From assembly GCA_963762215.1 (NCBI GenBank), contig CAVXKB010000013.1, forward strand, positions 34,141 through 98,140: a stretch of DNA of 64,000 bases. Direction: 5' to 3'. Positions within the stretch are counted from its first letter, which is position 1. Each line of letters begins with the position of its first letter. Under the pieces are notes generated by a model that saw only the letters and a program-made list of their open reading frames with translations, had not been told where the DNA came from and made no database searches. This document shows positions 36,805-46,048 of this stretch, one piece after another. Source of the stretch: an uncultured Actinomycetota bacterium. Lineage in GTDB: Bacteria; Actinomycetota; Thermoleophilia; Gaiellales; Gaiellaceae. Position numbers and translations under genes: made by a program.

Positions 36805-36973
36805 CGTCGCATTCTGAACGTCACCAACTCGATTGGTCCAAGGGAGCGATCGGGACTACCTTCCGAATTGTGTGTCCGCGGCAAGACCGGTTCGCTGTTC
36901 GCGTTCAAGTAAGCGCTGGCCGGCTCCGTTCGTCGTCGGCAGCTGCGCTCGCTATACGTCTCACTTGTGACCA

Positions 36974-37002
36974 TTGAAACTTGCCGATGTCGTGGGTAGT
37001 GT
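36974..37002 (+). promoter_or_regulatory. Candidate sigma-70-type promoter of iorA1B1 (TTGAAA-N17-TAGTGT), preceded by a conserved box
   Basis: -35 at 36974-36979 and -10 at 36997-37002. The 21-nt box ACGTCTCACTTGTGACCATTG (36956-36976) is identical upstream of the second iorA copy. Confidence 0.45.
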
Positions 37003-37093
37003 CCGCCCTGTCGCGGTTCGGGCTGGCTACTTGGCGCCGCGACGAGCTCCAGTGCGTTTCACCACCAATGAAACCTCAATGGAGGGTGGGCAT

Positions 37094-37606
37094 ATGGCTT
37101 CGAGCATCAAGATCAAGGTGAACGGGCTCACGCATGGCGTGACGGCCAGCCTCGACACTCCTCTCCTTTACGTCCTGCACAACGAGCTCCACCTGCATGG
37201 CCCGCGCTTCGGTTGCGGCCTAGCGCAGTGTGGCGCCTGCTCGGTGCTGCTCGACGGCAAGGAGATCCGCTCCTGCGTCACACCTGTGGCGGCAGTGAGC
37301 GGCAAGAACATCACGACCCTGGAAGGGCTGCCGGCATTGTGGGCGGCGCAGCGCGGTACCTCGGCTGCTGCCCCGGCTCTGCATCCGTTGCAGCAGGCGT
37401 GGATCGACGTTCAGGTGCCGCATTGCGGCTATTGCCAGAACGGCATGATGATTCAGGCTGCTGACCTGCTCGCGACGACGAAGAATCCGTCCGAGGACCA
37501 GATCCGCACGGCGATGAACGGGCATCTGTGCCGCTGCGGTACGTATCCGAGAATCCTGACCGCGATCCAGAAGGCCGCGGCAGTGATGGCAAAGGCAGGT
37601 GCGTGA
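37094..37606 (+). CDS. [2Fe-2S]-binding small subunit of an IorAB/aldehyde-oxidase-type molybdenum hydroxylase, copy 1
   Basis: GGAGGGTGGG RBS. Plant-type cluster GCGLAQCGACSV...C. Second cluster HCGYCQNG...CRCGTY. 170 aa. Confidence 0.9.
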   Translation: MASSIKIKVNGLTHGVTASLDTPLLYVLHNELHLHGPRFGCGLAQCGACSVLLDGKEIRSCVTPVAAVSGKNITTLEGLPALWAAQRGTSAAAPALHPLQQAWIDVQVPHCGYCQNGMMIQAADLLATTKNPSEDQIRTAMNGHLCRCGTYPRILTAIQKAAAVMAKAGA

Positions 37607-40017
37607 TGACAGGCCTCATCCCCGAGAAGGAATTCTCACGGAAGAGCTTCCTGAAGGGCGGCGGCGCGCTGATCGTCGGTATCAGCCTCGCCGGCAACGT
37701 CGGGAGCGCGAAGGCGGCGACAGGTATCGACCCGTTCGCGAGCCCTGGACCGGCCGACCCGAACTCGGTCGACTCGTTCATCTCGATTCATGCTGACAAC
37801 TCCGCCTCGCTCAACTCGGGCCGGATCAACCTCGGTCAGCAGTCCACGACCGGCCTCATGTTGATCGCAGCCGAAGAGCTCGACATGGACTTCAGCCAGT
37901 TCCGCCACATCGAGTTCGACACCGGCGGGGCTAATCCGTCCCCGAACACCGGCAACACCGGCGGCTCCACGTCGATCTCGCAGGCGGGCCCGCTGGTCCG
38001 CCGCGCGGCGGCCGAGGGGAAGCAGGCCCTGCTCGCGATGGCGTCGACAACCCTCGGCGTCCCGGTCGCGAACCTGTCGGTGGCCAAGGGCGTCGTCTCC
38101 GGCGGCGGCAAGACGATCACCTATGGGCAGCTCGTCGGCGACAAGCTGATGAAGGTCACGTTCGCGACGACCACCCTGAACACGGGTGTGTTCCCGGCGA
38201 AGAACCCGAGCCAGTACAAGCTGGTCGGGATCGCCCGCGTCCAGCACTACGACATCCCCGAGATCGTCACGGGCGTGCACACGTACGCGGCCAACGTCCG
38301 CGTGCCCGGCATGGTGCACGGCCGCGTCGTGCGGCCGCGCGGGCAGGGCGCGTACGGCGACGGCACGAACCCGGTTCCGCTCACGATCGACGCCGACTCC
38401 GTGAAGCACATCCCGGGCGTGCAGATCGTGCGTGTCGGCAACTTCGTCGCGGTCGTCGCGCCGAAGGAGTACGACGCGATCCAGGCCGCTTCGATCCTGA
38501 AGGTCAAGTGGTCGGATCCGCCGAAGATCGACCCGGTCGGCAACCTCTGGCTCGGCATGCGTCAACGTGACTCTGCGGGCCTCGCGCCGGCACGGATCGC
38601 GGCGCAGGGACCGACCACGCCGGGCCTCGCCGGTCAGCTCTCGAGCGTCGACGCCGCGATGGCGACGGCCGCGAAGACGTACGCCGGCACGTTCAAGTAC
38701 CACTACCAGATGCACGCCCCGATCGGGCCGAACGTCTCGGTCGCCGACGTGACCGCCAACAGCGCGATCATCTTCGGGCACGTGAAGAACGGCTATGGCG
38801 TCACGCGCTCGCAGGTCGCTGCAGCGCTGAACTCGGCAGCGCAGAAGCTCGGGCTGCCGAACACCTACGACCTGAGCCGTGTCCGCGTCGTCTACTACGA
38901 GGGCTCGAGCACGTTCGGCGGCGGTGCCGCACACGTCGACAACGACGAATGTGCAGCGGTCTGCTCGCTCGTCGTCGGCAAGCCCGTCCGCTTGCAGTGG
39001 ATGCGCTGGGACGAGCACGGTTGGGACAATTACGGCCCGGCCACGATGTGGGACGTCAAAGGCGGCATCGACGCCAACGGCAAGCTGGTCGCCTGGGACG
39101 CCACGAGCACCGGCATGGCGGCGTACGCGAAAACACCGACCGAGCAGCAGGTCGGACAGCCGATGTCCACCCCGGGCGCGGGTCCCGCCGACACCACCTA
39201 CTCGGGCACCCAGTACGACATCCCGAACCGGCGGATCATCGGCAAGACCGTGAACGTCCTGAACGGGTACTTCAAGACGAGCACGCTGCGGGCGCCCAAC
39301 GCGCCGCAGACCGTCTTCGCGAACGAGCAGGTGATCGACCAGCTCGCGTTCCTCGCCGGCCAGGATCCCTACCAGTTCCGGCTGAACAACATCAGCACGG
39401 CCCCGCTAGGGACAGGGGTTGGCACGCAGACCGCGAATGCGCTCCCCGGCCAGTGGCAGTGGCGCGACTCGCTCATCGCTGTTGCGAAAGCCGCCAACTG
39501 GACCCCGAGGGTCGCCAACTCGGTGAAGCAGACCGGCTCGATCCGCACCGGTCGCGGCATCGCGATGGGCGGGTTCGCCAACTCGCAGGCGGCGAACGTG
39601 GCCGACATCGAGGTCAACATCAAGACCGGCAAGATCACCGTCAAGCACACGTACGTCGCGGTGGTCGCCGGACTGATGGCCGCACTGAACCAGGCCGAGA
39701 GCAACATGACCGGCGCCCTGATCATGGGCGTCAGCCGGGCGCTGTACGAAGAGGTCACGTTCGACAGCGGCCGCGTCACGAGCCTCGACTGGGTGACCTA
39801 CCCGTTGCTGCGCTTCAAGGACCACCCCACCGCGACCACGGTGGTTGTTCAGCGGTTCGACCTCCAGTCGACCGGCAACGGGGAGCCGCCCACGGCGGCG
39901 GTCGCGGCGACGATCGCGAACGCGTTCTTCGACGCCACCGGCGTCCGTATCCACGAGGCGCCGATGACGCCGGCGAGGGTCCGGGCGACGCTTGCAGCTG
40001 CGGGCTTCACCGCGTAG
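37606..40017 (+). CDS. Molybdopterin-binding large subunit (IorB/aldehyde dehydrogenase beta-like) with Tat-like signal, copy 1
   Basis: ATG shares one nt with the iorA1 stop. N-terminus MTGLIPEKEFSRKSFLKGGGALIVG is a twin-Arg-like motif with R-K. C-terminus GNGEPPTAAVAATIANAFFDATGVRIHEAPMTP is typical of this subunit family. Confidence 0.88.
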   Translation: MTGLIPEKEFSRKSFLKGGGALIVGISLAGNVGSAKAATGIDPFASPGPADPNSVDSFISIHADNSASLNSGRINLGQQSTTGLMLIAAEELDMDFSQFRHIEFDTGGANPSPNTGNTGGSTSISQAGPLVRRAAAEGKQALLAMASTTLGVPVANLSVAKGVVSGGGKTITYGQLVGDKLMKVTFATTTLNTGVFPAKNPSQYKLVGIARVQHYDIPEIVTGVHTYAANVRVPGMVHGRVVRPRGQGAYGDGTNPVPLTIDADSVKHIPGVQIVRVGNFVAVVAPKEYDAIQAASILKVKWSDPPKIDPVGNLWLGMRQRDSAGLAPARIAAQGPTTPGLAGQLSSVDAAMATAAKTYAGTFKYHYQMHAPIGPNVSVADVTANSAIIFGHVKNGYGVTRSQVAAALNSAAQKLGLPNTYDLSRVRVVYYEGSSTFGGGAAHVDNDECAAVCSLVVGKPVRLQWMRWDEHGWDNYGPATMWDVKGGIDANGKLVAWDATSTGMAAYAKTPTEQQVGQPMSTPGAGPADTTYSGTQYDIPNRRIIGKTVNVLNGYFKTSTLRAPNAPQTVFANEQVIDQLAFLAGQDPYQFRLNNISTAPLGTGVGTQTANALPGQWQWRDSLIAVAKAANWTPRVANSVKQTGSIRTGRGIAMGGFANSQAANVADIEVNIKTGKITVKHTYVAVVAGLMAALNQAESNMTGALIMGVSRALYEEVTFDSGRVTSLDWVTYPLLRFKDHPTATTVVVQRFDLQSTGNGEPPTAAVAATIANAFFDATGVRIHEAPMTPARVRATLAAAGFTA

Positions 40018-40020
40018 TCG

Positions 40021-41129
40021 ATGAGGGTGCTGGCTGGGGGGACCTCCGGGTCCCCCCAAACCCTCATCTCCCTCGACTCCGATCAGGTCGCGCCCGAGCT
40101 TCTACCGGTCGAGGAGCTCGCCGACTGCGCACAGGCCGCGTTCGCGCACGACGGGAAGACAATCCTCTCCTACGGCTCCGGCGCCGGCTACGCAGCCTCT
40201 GCGGGAGCTGATCGGCGAGTGGTTCCGCGTCGATCCGTCGCGGGTGGTGCTGACACACGGGCAGCTTCACGGGCTCGCGACTGCTTGCCGGCCGCGTCGC
40301 GCGTGGACGCGGCGTGATGGTCGAGTACCCGATCCACGACCGGGCCGAGCGGGCGCTGCTCGCCGCAGGTGCGTCCCTGATCAGCACCCCGATCGGCGAG
40401 GACGGGATCGTCGTCGAGGAGCTCCAGGGCACGCTCGGCCAGTACGTGCGGCCGGCGATGGTCTACGTCGTTCCGAGCTTCCACAACCCGACCGGGTGGA
40501 CAACGCCGGGGGCCTCGCGCAAGCGTGTGGTCGACCTCGTGATCACTCAGAACCAGATCCAGACCGAGCAGATCCTGCTCGTCGAGGACGAGACATACGC
40601 GCTCACGCGCTTCGAGGGCGAGCGCATCCCCGCCATCTTCGACTACTCGGCCGGCCGGAGCGTGCACAGCTCTTCCTTCTCGGCCACGGTCGCTCCGGGG
40701 CTGCGTGTGGGCTATCTCATCCTGCCCGAGCCGCTCGCCGAGGAACTGACAGCCATCGCATCCGATAGCTACATCACCCCGGTGCTACTCGCACAGGCGA
40801 CCGTCTACGAGTTTCTCGCGCGCGGGGCGTTCGAGCCGCACCTGCTGCGGCTTCGGGACGGGCTGCGAGTTCGGCGTGACGCACTGCTCGCGGCACTCGC
40901 CAGGCACCTCCCCGATGCGACGTGGTCGGAGCCGGAGGGCGGTCTTTTCGTCTGGGTACAGCTTCCCGGCTCGCCCGACGGGCGCGAGGTGCTCAGCCGT
41001 GCGGAGGGGGTCGTCGCCGTCGACGGGACGCGCTTCGGCTCGGTCTCGAGCTCGCTGCGGCTCTCGTTCGGATACGCCGCCCCCGACGAGCTGGAAGCGG
41101 GAGTCGAAAGGCTCGCGGCGGCCCTGTAG
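40021..41129 (+). pseudogene. PLP-dependent aminotransferase (class I/II, MocR-C-terminal-like) with two frame breaks
   Basis: Frame 1 gives LISLDSDQVAPELLPVEELADCAQAAFAHDGKTILSYGSGAGY. Frame 2 gives PLRELIGEWFRVDPSRVVLTHGQLHGL. Frame 0 gives LLAGRVARGRGVMVEYPIHDRA...VVPSFHNPTGWT...SSSFSATVAPGLRVGYL. Breaks are near 40190-40199 and 40278-40281. Confidence 0.7.
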
Positions 41130-41894
41130 ATGGTGCGCAACGGCCTCATCGCCGGCATCGTCGCGGCTCTCGCTCTCGCCGCCGGCGCGCAAGGGGTGGT
41201 GTCGCAGACGATCTACGCCTACTTCGACGTCGACGGCGGCCTCCAGATCAGCTACGCCGACAGCTCGAAGGTCGGCAGCAATGTCCCACCGGGCACGTAC
41301 ACGATCAACCTGAACAACAACGGCGCCGACGACCTCGGCGTCGACCACATCTTCCACCTCTCCGGCCCCGGTGTCGACTACAAGGCCGCGAATGTCGACA
41401 CGACCGCGGTCTTCAGCGTCACGTTCCAGGCAGGCGCGACCTACCGCTTCTTCGACGACCTCAACCCGAAGATCAGCCAGACGATCCTCGCCACGACCGC
41501 TCCCTCGTCGACGCCAACCAATCCGCTGCCGCCCACGCCGGTCACCAGCTCGACAAAGGCGACTGCAGGCGGGATCGTGGGCTCACAGGCCGCGCCGCCC
41601 GCCCGACTTTCACGGGGAACGTTGACGGCGACCGTGAGCGCGTCCGGCAAGGTCACGCTCAGCTACCACGGTAAGGTCGTGAGCTCGCTCAAGTCCGGCC
41701 TCTACACCGTGTCCGTCACCGACTCGAGCAAGAACAGCGGCTTCGTCATCCAGCAGAGCCACAAGCTGGCGACCTCGGTCAGCACTGCGCCCTTCACCGG
41801 CAAGAAAAGCAAGAAACTCGATCTGACCAAGGGACAATGGTTCTTCTACCCGTCGTTCATCGGGCAGAAGACCTATTTCGTCGTCACGGGCTGA
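41130..41894 (+). CDS. Secreted tandem cupredoxin-like protein, family C (C1)
   Basis: Signal peptide. N-domain PPGTYTINLNNNGADDLGVDHIFHLSGPGVD...GATYRFFDD. Pro/Ser/Thr linker. C-domain GLYTVSVTDSSKNSGFVIQQ...KGQWFFYPSFIGQKTYFVVTG. Confidence 0.7.
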   Translation: MVRNGLIAGIVAALALAAGAQGVVSQTIYAYFDVDGGLQISYADSSKVGSNVPPGTYTINLNNNGADDLGVDHIFHLSGPGVDYKAANVDTTAVFSVTFQAGATYRFFDDLNPKISQTILATTAPSSTPTNPLPPTPVTSSTKATAGGIVGSQAAPPARLSRGTLTATVSASGKVTLSYHGKVVSSLKSGLYTVSVTDSSKNSGFVIQQSHKLATSVSTAPFTGKKSKKLDLTKGQWFFYPSFIGQKTYFVVTG

Positions 41895-41909
41895 GGGAAT
41901 AACCCGACA

Positions 41910-42707
41910 TCAGCCGACGACGGGCACCGTGTAGGTGCTCTTCGAGGCGCTCGGACCGAACGACCAGCGGCCGGCGGTCAGGTTCAGGGTCACGGTGCGC
42001 TTACCCACGAACGCCATCCCGGTGACGCTCACCGTCGCGCGCTTCCCCTTCACCGCGAACCCGCTCGACGAGCTGCGGTCGACGACCGAGATCGCGTATC
42101 GGCCGGCATTCAGGCTCGAAACGCTCTTGCCCTTGAAGGCGATCCTGAGCGAGCCCGCGGGCGTCACGACCCCTGTGAGCGTGCCGCGGAAGGGAGGAAT
42201 CGCCGAGCCGACGACGTCTTGCGAGGTCGGCTTCGTGCCGCTCTTCGAGGACGTCGACGACGAGCCGGTCGGGGTCGCGGCCCCGACGACGTCGGACGAC
42301 GTCCGGAATGTGTAGACGATCGACTGGGCGCGATCGATGTGCCAGGTGTAGGTCGCGTTCGGCAGGAAGTACGTCGGCAGCGAGTGCGTGTCGACCTCAC
42401 CGCCGAGCATGTCGTCCTGGATGTCCACGCCCGGGCCGCTAAGCTCGAACAGCGGCAGGTTGATGCACTCGCCCGGGCCGTTCAAGAGCACCGAGTAGTA
42501 GCCACCCGGGATCACGGTCGGTGCGCCACTCGTCGTTCCGAGCGGCACGCCGTTGAGCGCCGCCGTGACGACGCCGTTGGTGTTGAAGGTAACGACGATC
42601 GTCTGGGTCGCGGCAAGCCGCGACTCGGCGGCCGGGGCGATCAATGCACCTGCGACGAGGGCGCCTGCAACAGCCAGCAGCAGGGCCCGCGAAACCCTTA
42701 TCTCCAC
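41910..42707 (-). CDS. Secreted tandem cupredoxin-like protein, family C (C2)
   Basis: ORF trimmed to GTG 42707 (VEIRVSRALLLAVAGALVAGALIAPAAES). FELSGPGVD...ATYTWHID. Ser/Thr linker. GRYAISVVDRSSSSGFAV...AGRWSFGPS. Confidence 0.65.
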   Translation of the reverse strand: MEIRVSRALLLAVAGALVAGALIAPAAESRLAATQTIVVTFNTNGVVTAALNGVPLGTTSGAPTVIPGGYYSVLLNGPGECINLPLFELSGPGVDIQDDMLGGEVDTHSLPTYFLPNATYTWHIDRAQSIVYTFRTSSDVVGAATPTGSSSTSSKSGTKPTSQDVVGSAIPPFRGTLTGVVTPAGSLRIAFKGKSVSSLNAGRYAISVVDRSSSSGFAVKGKRATVSVTGMAFVGKRTVTLNLTAGRWSFGPSASKSTYTVPVVG

Positions 42708-42883
42708 CTGCCGAGGATAGCGCAGCCGGAGCCTTGCTCGAACAATTCGACACCCCTTGCGCATATCGCGACGGCCCGATGCGGCTCTTCGAAACGACCA
42801 TAGAGGGATGTCGAATCCCCAAATTCGTAACAACTGGCCGAACTTGGCTTGTCTAAACGGCCGAAACGTCTCACTTGTGACCA

Positions 42884-42912
42884 TTGCAACGGGCCGATGC
42901 CGTTTGTACAGT
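42884..42912 (+). promoter_or_regulatory. Candidate promoter of iorA2B2 (TTGCAA-N17-TACAGT), preceded by the same conserved box
   Basis: -35 at 42884-42889 and -10 at 42907-42912. The box ACGTCTCACTTGTGACCATTG at 42866-42886 is identical to the copy at 36956-36976. Confidence 0.45.
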
Positions 42913-43003
42913 CCCCAAGGTCGTCTCGGAAGAGGCTCATCGCCCAGTGCCGCGGCGACCTGCAGTGCACTGCACAAGCAAGCACTCCAATGGAGGGTGG
43001 AAT

Positions 43004-43516
43004 ATGGCAAACAGCATCAAGATCAAGGTGAACGGGCTCACGCACGGCGTGACCGCGAGCCTCGATACTCCGCTCCTGTACGTTCTGCACAACGAGCTCC
43101 ATCTGCATGGCCCGCGGTTCGGTTGCGGTCTGGCGCAGTGTGGCGCATGCTCGGTGCTGCTGGACGGGAAGGAGATCCGCTCGTGCGTGACCCCGGTCGC
43201 GGCGGTTAGCGGGAAGAACATCACTACCTTGGAAGGGCTGCCGGCATTGTGGGCGGCGCAGCGCGGTACCTCGGCTGCTGCTCCGGCCTTGCATCCGTTG
43301 CAGCAGGCATGGATCGACGTTCAGGTGCCGCATTGCGGCTACTGCCAGAACGGGATGATGATCCAGGCCGCCGACCTGCTCGCGACGACGAAGAACCCGT
43401 CCGAGGATCAGATCCGCACGGCAATGAACGGGCACCTCTGCCGTTGCGGGACCTATCCGAGAATCCTGACCGCGATCCAGAAGGCCGCGGCCGTGATGGC
43501 AAAGGCGGGTGCATAA
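43004..43516 (+). CDS. [2Fe-2S]-binding small subunit, copy 2 (protein identical to copy 1 except residue 3)
   Basis: Same RBS context (AATGGAGGGTGG). Same 170-aa sequence (MANSIK vs MASSIK). About 45 synonymous codon differences by hand count. Confidence 0.9.
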   Translation: MANSIKIKVNGLTHGVTASLDTPLLYVLHNELHLHGPRFGCGLAQCGACSVLLDGKEIRSCVTPVAAVSGKNITTLEGLPALWAAQRGTSAAAPALHPLQQAWIDVQVPHCGYCQNGMMIQAADLLATTKNPSEDQIRTAMNGHLCRCGTYPRILTAIQKAAAVMAKAGA

Positions 43517-43518
43517 CG

Positions 43519-45955
43519 ATGACCGGTCTGATGCATGAAAAGGAGTTCTCACGCAAGAGCTTCGTGAAGGCAGGCGGCGCACTCATCGTCGGCTTCAGCG
43601 CTCTTGGCGCTCTTGGAGCCGGCAAGGCCCAGGGCGCGACCGGCAACACGCCGTTCGCGTTGCGCGGCCCCGGCGACTTCCTGCCCGACCTGCAACGCGG
43701 TCGACTCATGGATCGCGGTGCGGGCGGACAACTCGATCATCGTCACGCACGGCGAGACGGAGCTCGGTCACGGCACCCCGACCGGCATCCTCATGCTCGT
43801 CGCCGAAGAGATGAACACGAACATGGATCAGATGATCTATGCGCACCCGGAGACGTGGCTCAACGCGACCGGCGGCGGCGGCGGCTCAGGCGGTATCTCG
43901 AGCCGCTCGACGCAGACCCGTGCGGCGGCTGCATACGCGAAGCAGGTGCTGCTCGGCCTCGCCTCGACGAAGCTCGGCGTCCCCGTTGCGAACCTCTCGG
44001 TCTCGGGCGGTGTCGTCACCGGCGGATCCGGCAGCGTGAAGTACGGCGACCTGCTCGGCGGGAAGCTGTTCAACTTCGAGATGCCGCTCGTTGCAGCCAG
44101 CACCTCGACAACGGCGACACAGCTTATTCCCGGCACGGGCATCACGAAGCCCGTCAGCCAGTACAGCGCTCGTCGGCAAGTCGGTCCAGCGGATCGACAT
44201 CCCGGCGAAGGTCAACGGCACCTACACCTACATCCACAACGTCCGCATCCCGAACATGCTCCATGCTCGTTCGGTGCGGCCGCGTGGCGCAGGCGCCAAC
44301 ACCTCGGTGAACCATCAGCCGCAGAGCGTCGACGCGACCTCGATCGCCCATATCCCGGGCGCTCAGGTCGTTCAGATCGCCAACTTCCTCGCCGTCGTCG
44401 CTCCTCGCGAGTACGACGCGATCCAGGCTGCAGCGCAGCTCAAGGTCGTGTGGAAGAACGATCCGAAGTTCACGCCCTCCGGGAACTACTGGTCGTGGAT
44501 GCGCCAGGCCGGCGACACGAACACCGTCAACCCGGCCCGGTACACCGCGGATACGGGCGGCGTCCCCGCCGCGCTCGCCTCGGCAGCGCACAAGGTGACG
44601 GCGACCTACCGCTACCACTACAACAACTTCGTCCCGATCGGCCCGCACGCGGCTGTCGCGGACATCAAGTCGAATAGTGGAATCGTCTACGTGCAGGGTC
44701 AGTCACTGCAGGGTCTCCCCCCGAACTTCGCCACCATGCTCGGCTCGCAGTTCACGCCGGGCTCGGTGCGCGTGATCTGGTACGAGGGTGCGAGCTCCTT
44801 CGGCGGCGGCCAGCAGGGTGAGGCCGGCGAGCAGGCTGCGATCATCTCGCAGTCGATCGGCAAGCCGGTGCGCCTCCAGTGGATGCGCTGGGATCAGCAC
44901 GGCTGGGACAGCTACGGCCCGTCCCACCAGTACGACGTAACGATGGGCTGCGATGCGAACGGCAAGATCACGGTCGCCGACTGGACTGCTTACGGCCAGG
45001 CCGGCTCCACGATCGACACCACCAAGGAGCTCCTTGGTACCGCCGTTTGGCCCGCAGCACCGGCAGCAGGCGGCCCGACGCCGTCCGACACCGGTGTCTA
45101 CGGTGCGACCGGCTACGGCCCGTCGTACATCTACCAGCGCGGGTTCTGGCCAAGACGCAGCCGCTGTACGGCGGCTCGCTGAAGATCAGTGCCCTTCGTG
45201 CTCCGAACGCTCCGCAGTCCTACTTCGCCAGCGAGCAGGTCGTGGACGAGCTCGCACACGCCGCGGGGATGGATCCGGTCGCGTTCCGCAGGCTGAACAT
45301 CGACGGCACGAGCACGCTCGGAGCCCGTTGGCTGGCGGCGCTGGACGCCGCCACGATCGCTGCAGGCTGGAAGCCGAAGGTGGCTGCCTCGAACCTGCAG
45401 AGCGGGAACGTCGTCACCGGACGCGGCCTCGGTATCGGGACGTTCGCGTCCAGCCAGTCGGTCGTCGTCGCCGACATCCAGGTGACGAAGAGCACCGGCA
45501 AGATCCTCGTCAAGCACCTCTACATCTCCCAGAACAACGGGATCACGATCAGCCCGTCGCTCGTCACGAACCAGATGAGCGGCGCGGCGATCCAGGGTCT
45601 CTCGCGGGCGATGTGGGAGATGCCGACCTGGAACAAGGACCGGGTGACGAGCCTCGACTGGGTCTCGTATCCGATCCTGCGCTTCGTCGAGGCCCCGAAG
45701 GTGACGCTGATCAACGCGCACCCGGGCGAGTACGTCACGGTGCCTCCGGGAGATATGAAACCGGACGTGAGCCAGGGCAACACGAACGCGTTCAACCAGG
45801 GCTGGTTGCTGACCGGTTCCGGCGAGCCGCCGTCCACGGCGGTCGGCTCGGCAGTCGCGAACGCCTTCTTCGACGCCACGGGTGCCCGCATCCGCCAGGC
45901 GCCGATGAGGCCTCCGGTTGTCAAGGGCGCGCTCGAGGCGGCAGGCGTCAAGTAA
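43519..45955 (+). pseudogene. Molybdopterin-binding large subunit, copy 2, interrupted by three 1-nt frame breaks
   Basis: Homology to copy 1 can be followed through four frames: frame 1 MTGLMHEKEFSRKSFVKAGGALIVG...GDFLPDL; frame 2 NAVDSWIAVRADNS...PVSQY; frame 0 ALVGKSVQRIDIPAKV...GPSYIYQR; frame 2 VLAKTQPLYGGSLKISALRAPNAPQ...GSGEPPSTAVGSAVANAFFDATGARIRQAPM. Breaks are near 43693, 44163-44166 and 45137-45141. Confidence 0.75.
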
Positions 45956-45983
45956 ATCCGGACGCTCTGCTTCGACGTAATCG

Positions 45984-46017
45984 GGGAAGGGCCTGGAAAC
46001 AGGCCCTTCCCACTTTT
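45984..46017 (+). terminator. Rho-independent terminator after iorB2
   Basis: GGGAAGGGCCTG-gaaa-CAGGCCCTTCCC followed by ACTTTTC, 29 nt after the stop at 45955. Confidence 0.75.
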
Positions 46018-46048
46018 CGAGACATATGGCAGGATGGGGGGTGTCCCG

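Noticed and set aside
37003-37093. A Moco or other riboswitch in the ~90-nt leaders of the two iorA genes (also 42913-43003).
   Set aside because: The two leaders are mostly dissimilar apart from the RBS context. I could not find the conserved Moco-motif elements or a shared stem architecture. They are too short for the known Moco RNA.
36974-37093. N-terminal extensions of both iorA ORFs as listed in the ORF track (36974.. and 42884..).
   Set aside because: The extensions are unrelated in amino-acid sequence between the two copies, whereas identity begins exactly at MA(S/N)SIK behind a strong GGAGGGTGG RBS. The upstream similarity is at DNA level (promoter box), not coding.
43519-45955. Programmed frameshifting or selenocysteine (TGA) recoding to explain the broken iorB2 and other interrupted genes.
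   Set aside because: The break sites show no slippery heptamer plus downstream structure pattern. They differ in direction (+1 and -1) and are not in-frame TGA codons. Simple indels (decay or sequencing error) explain them.
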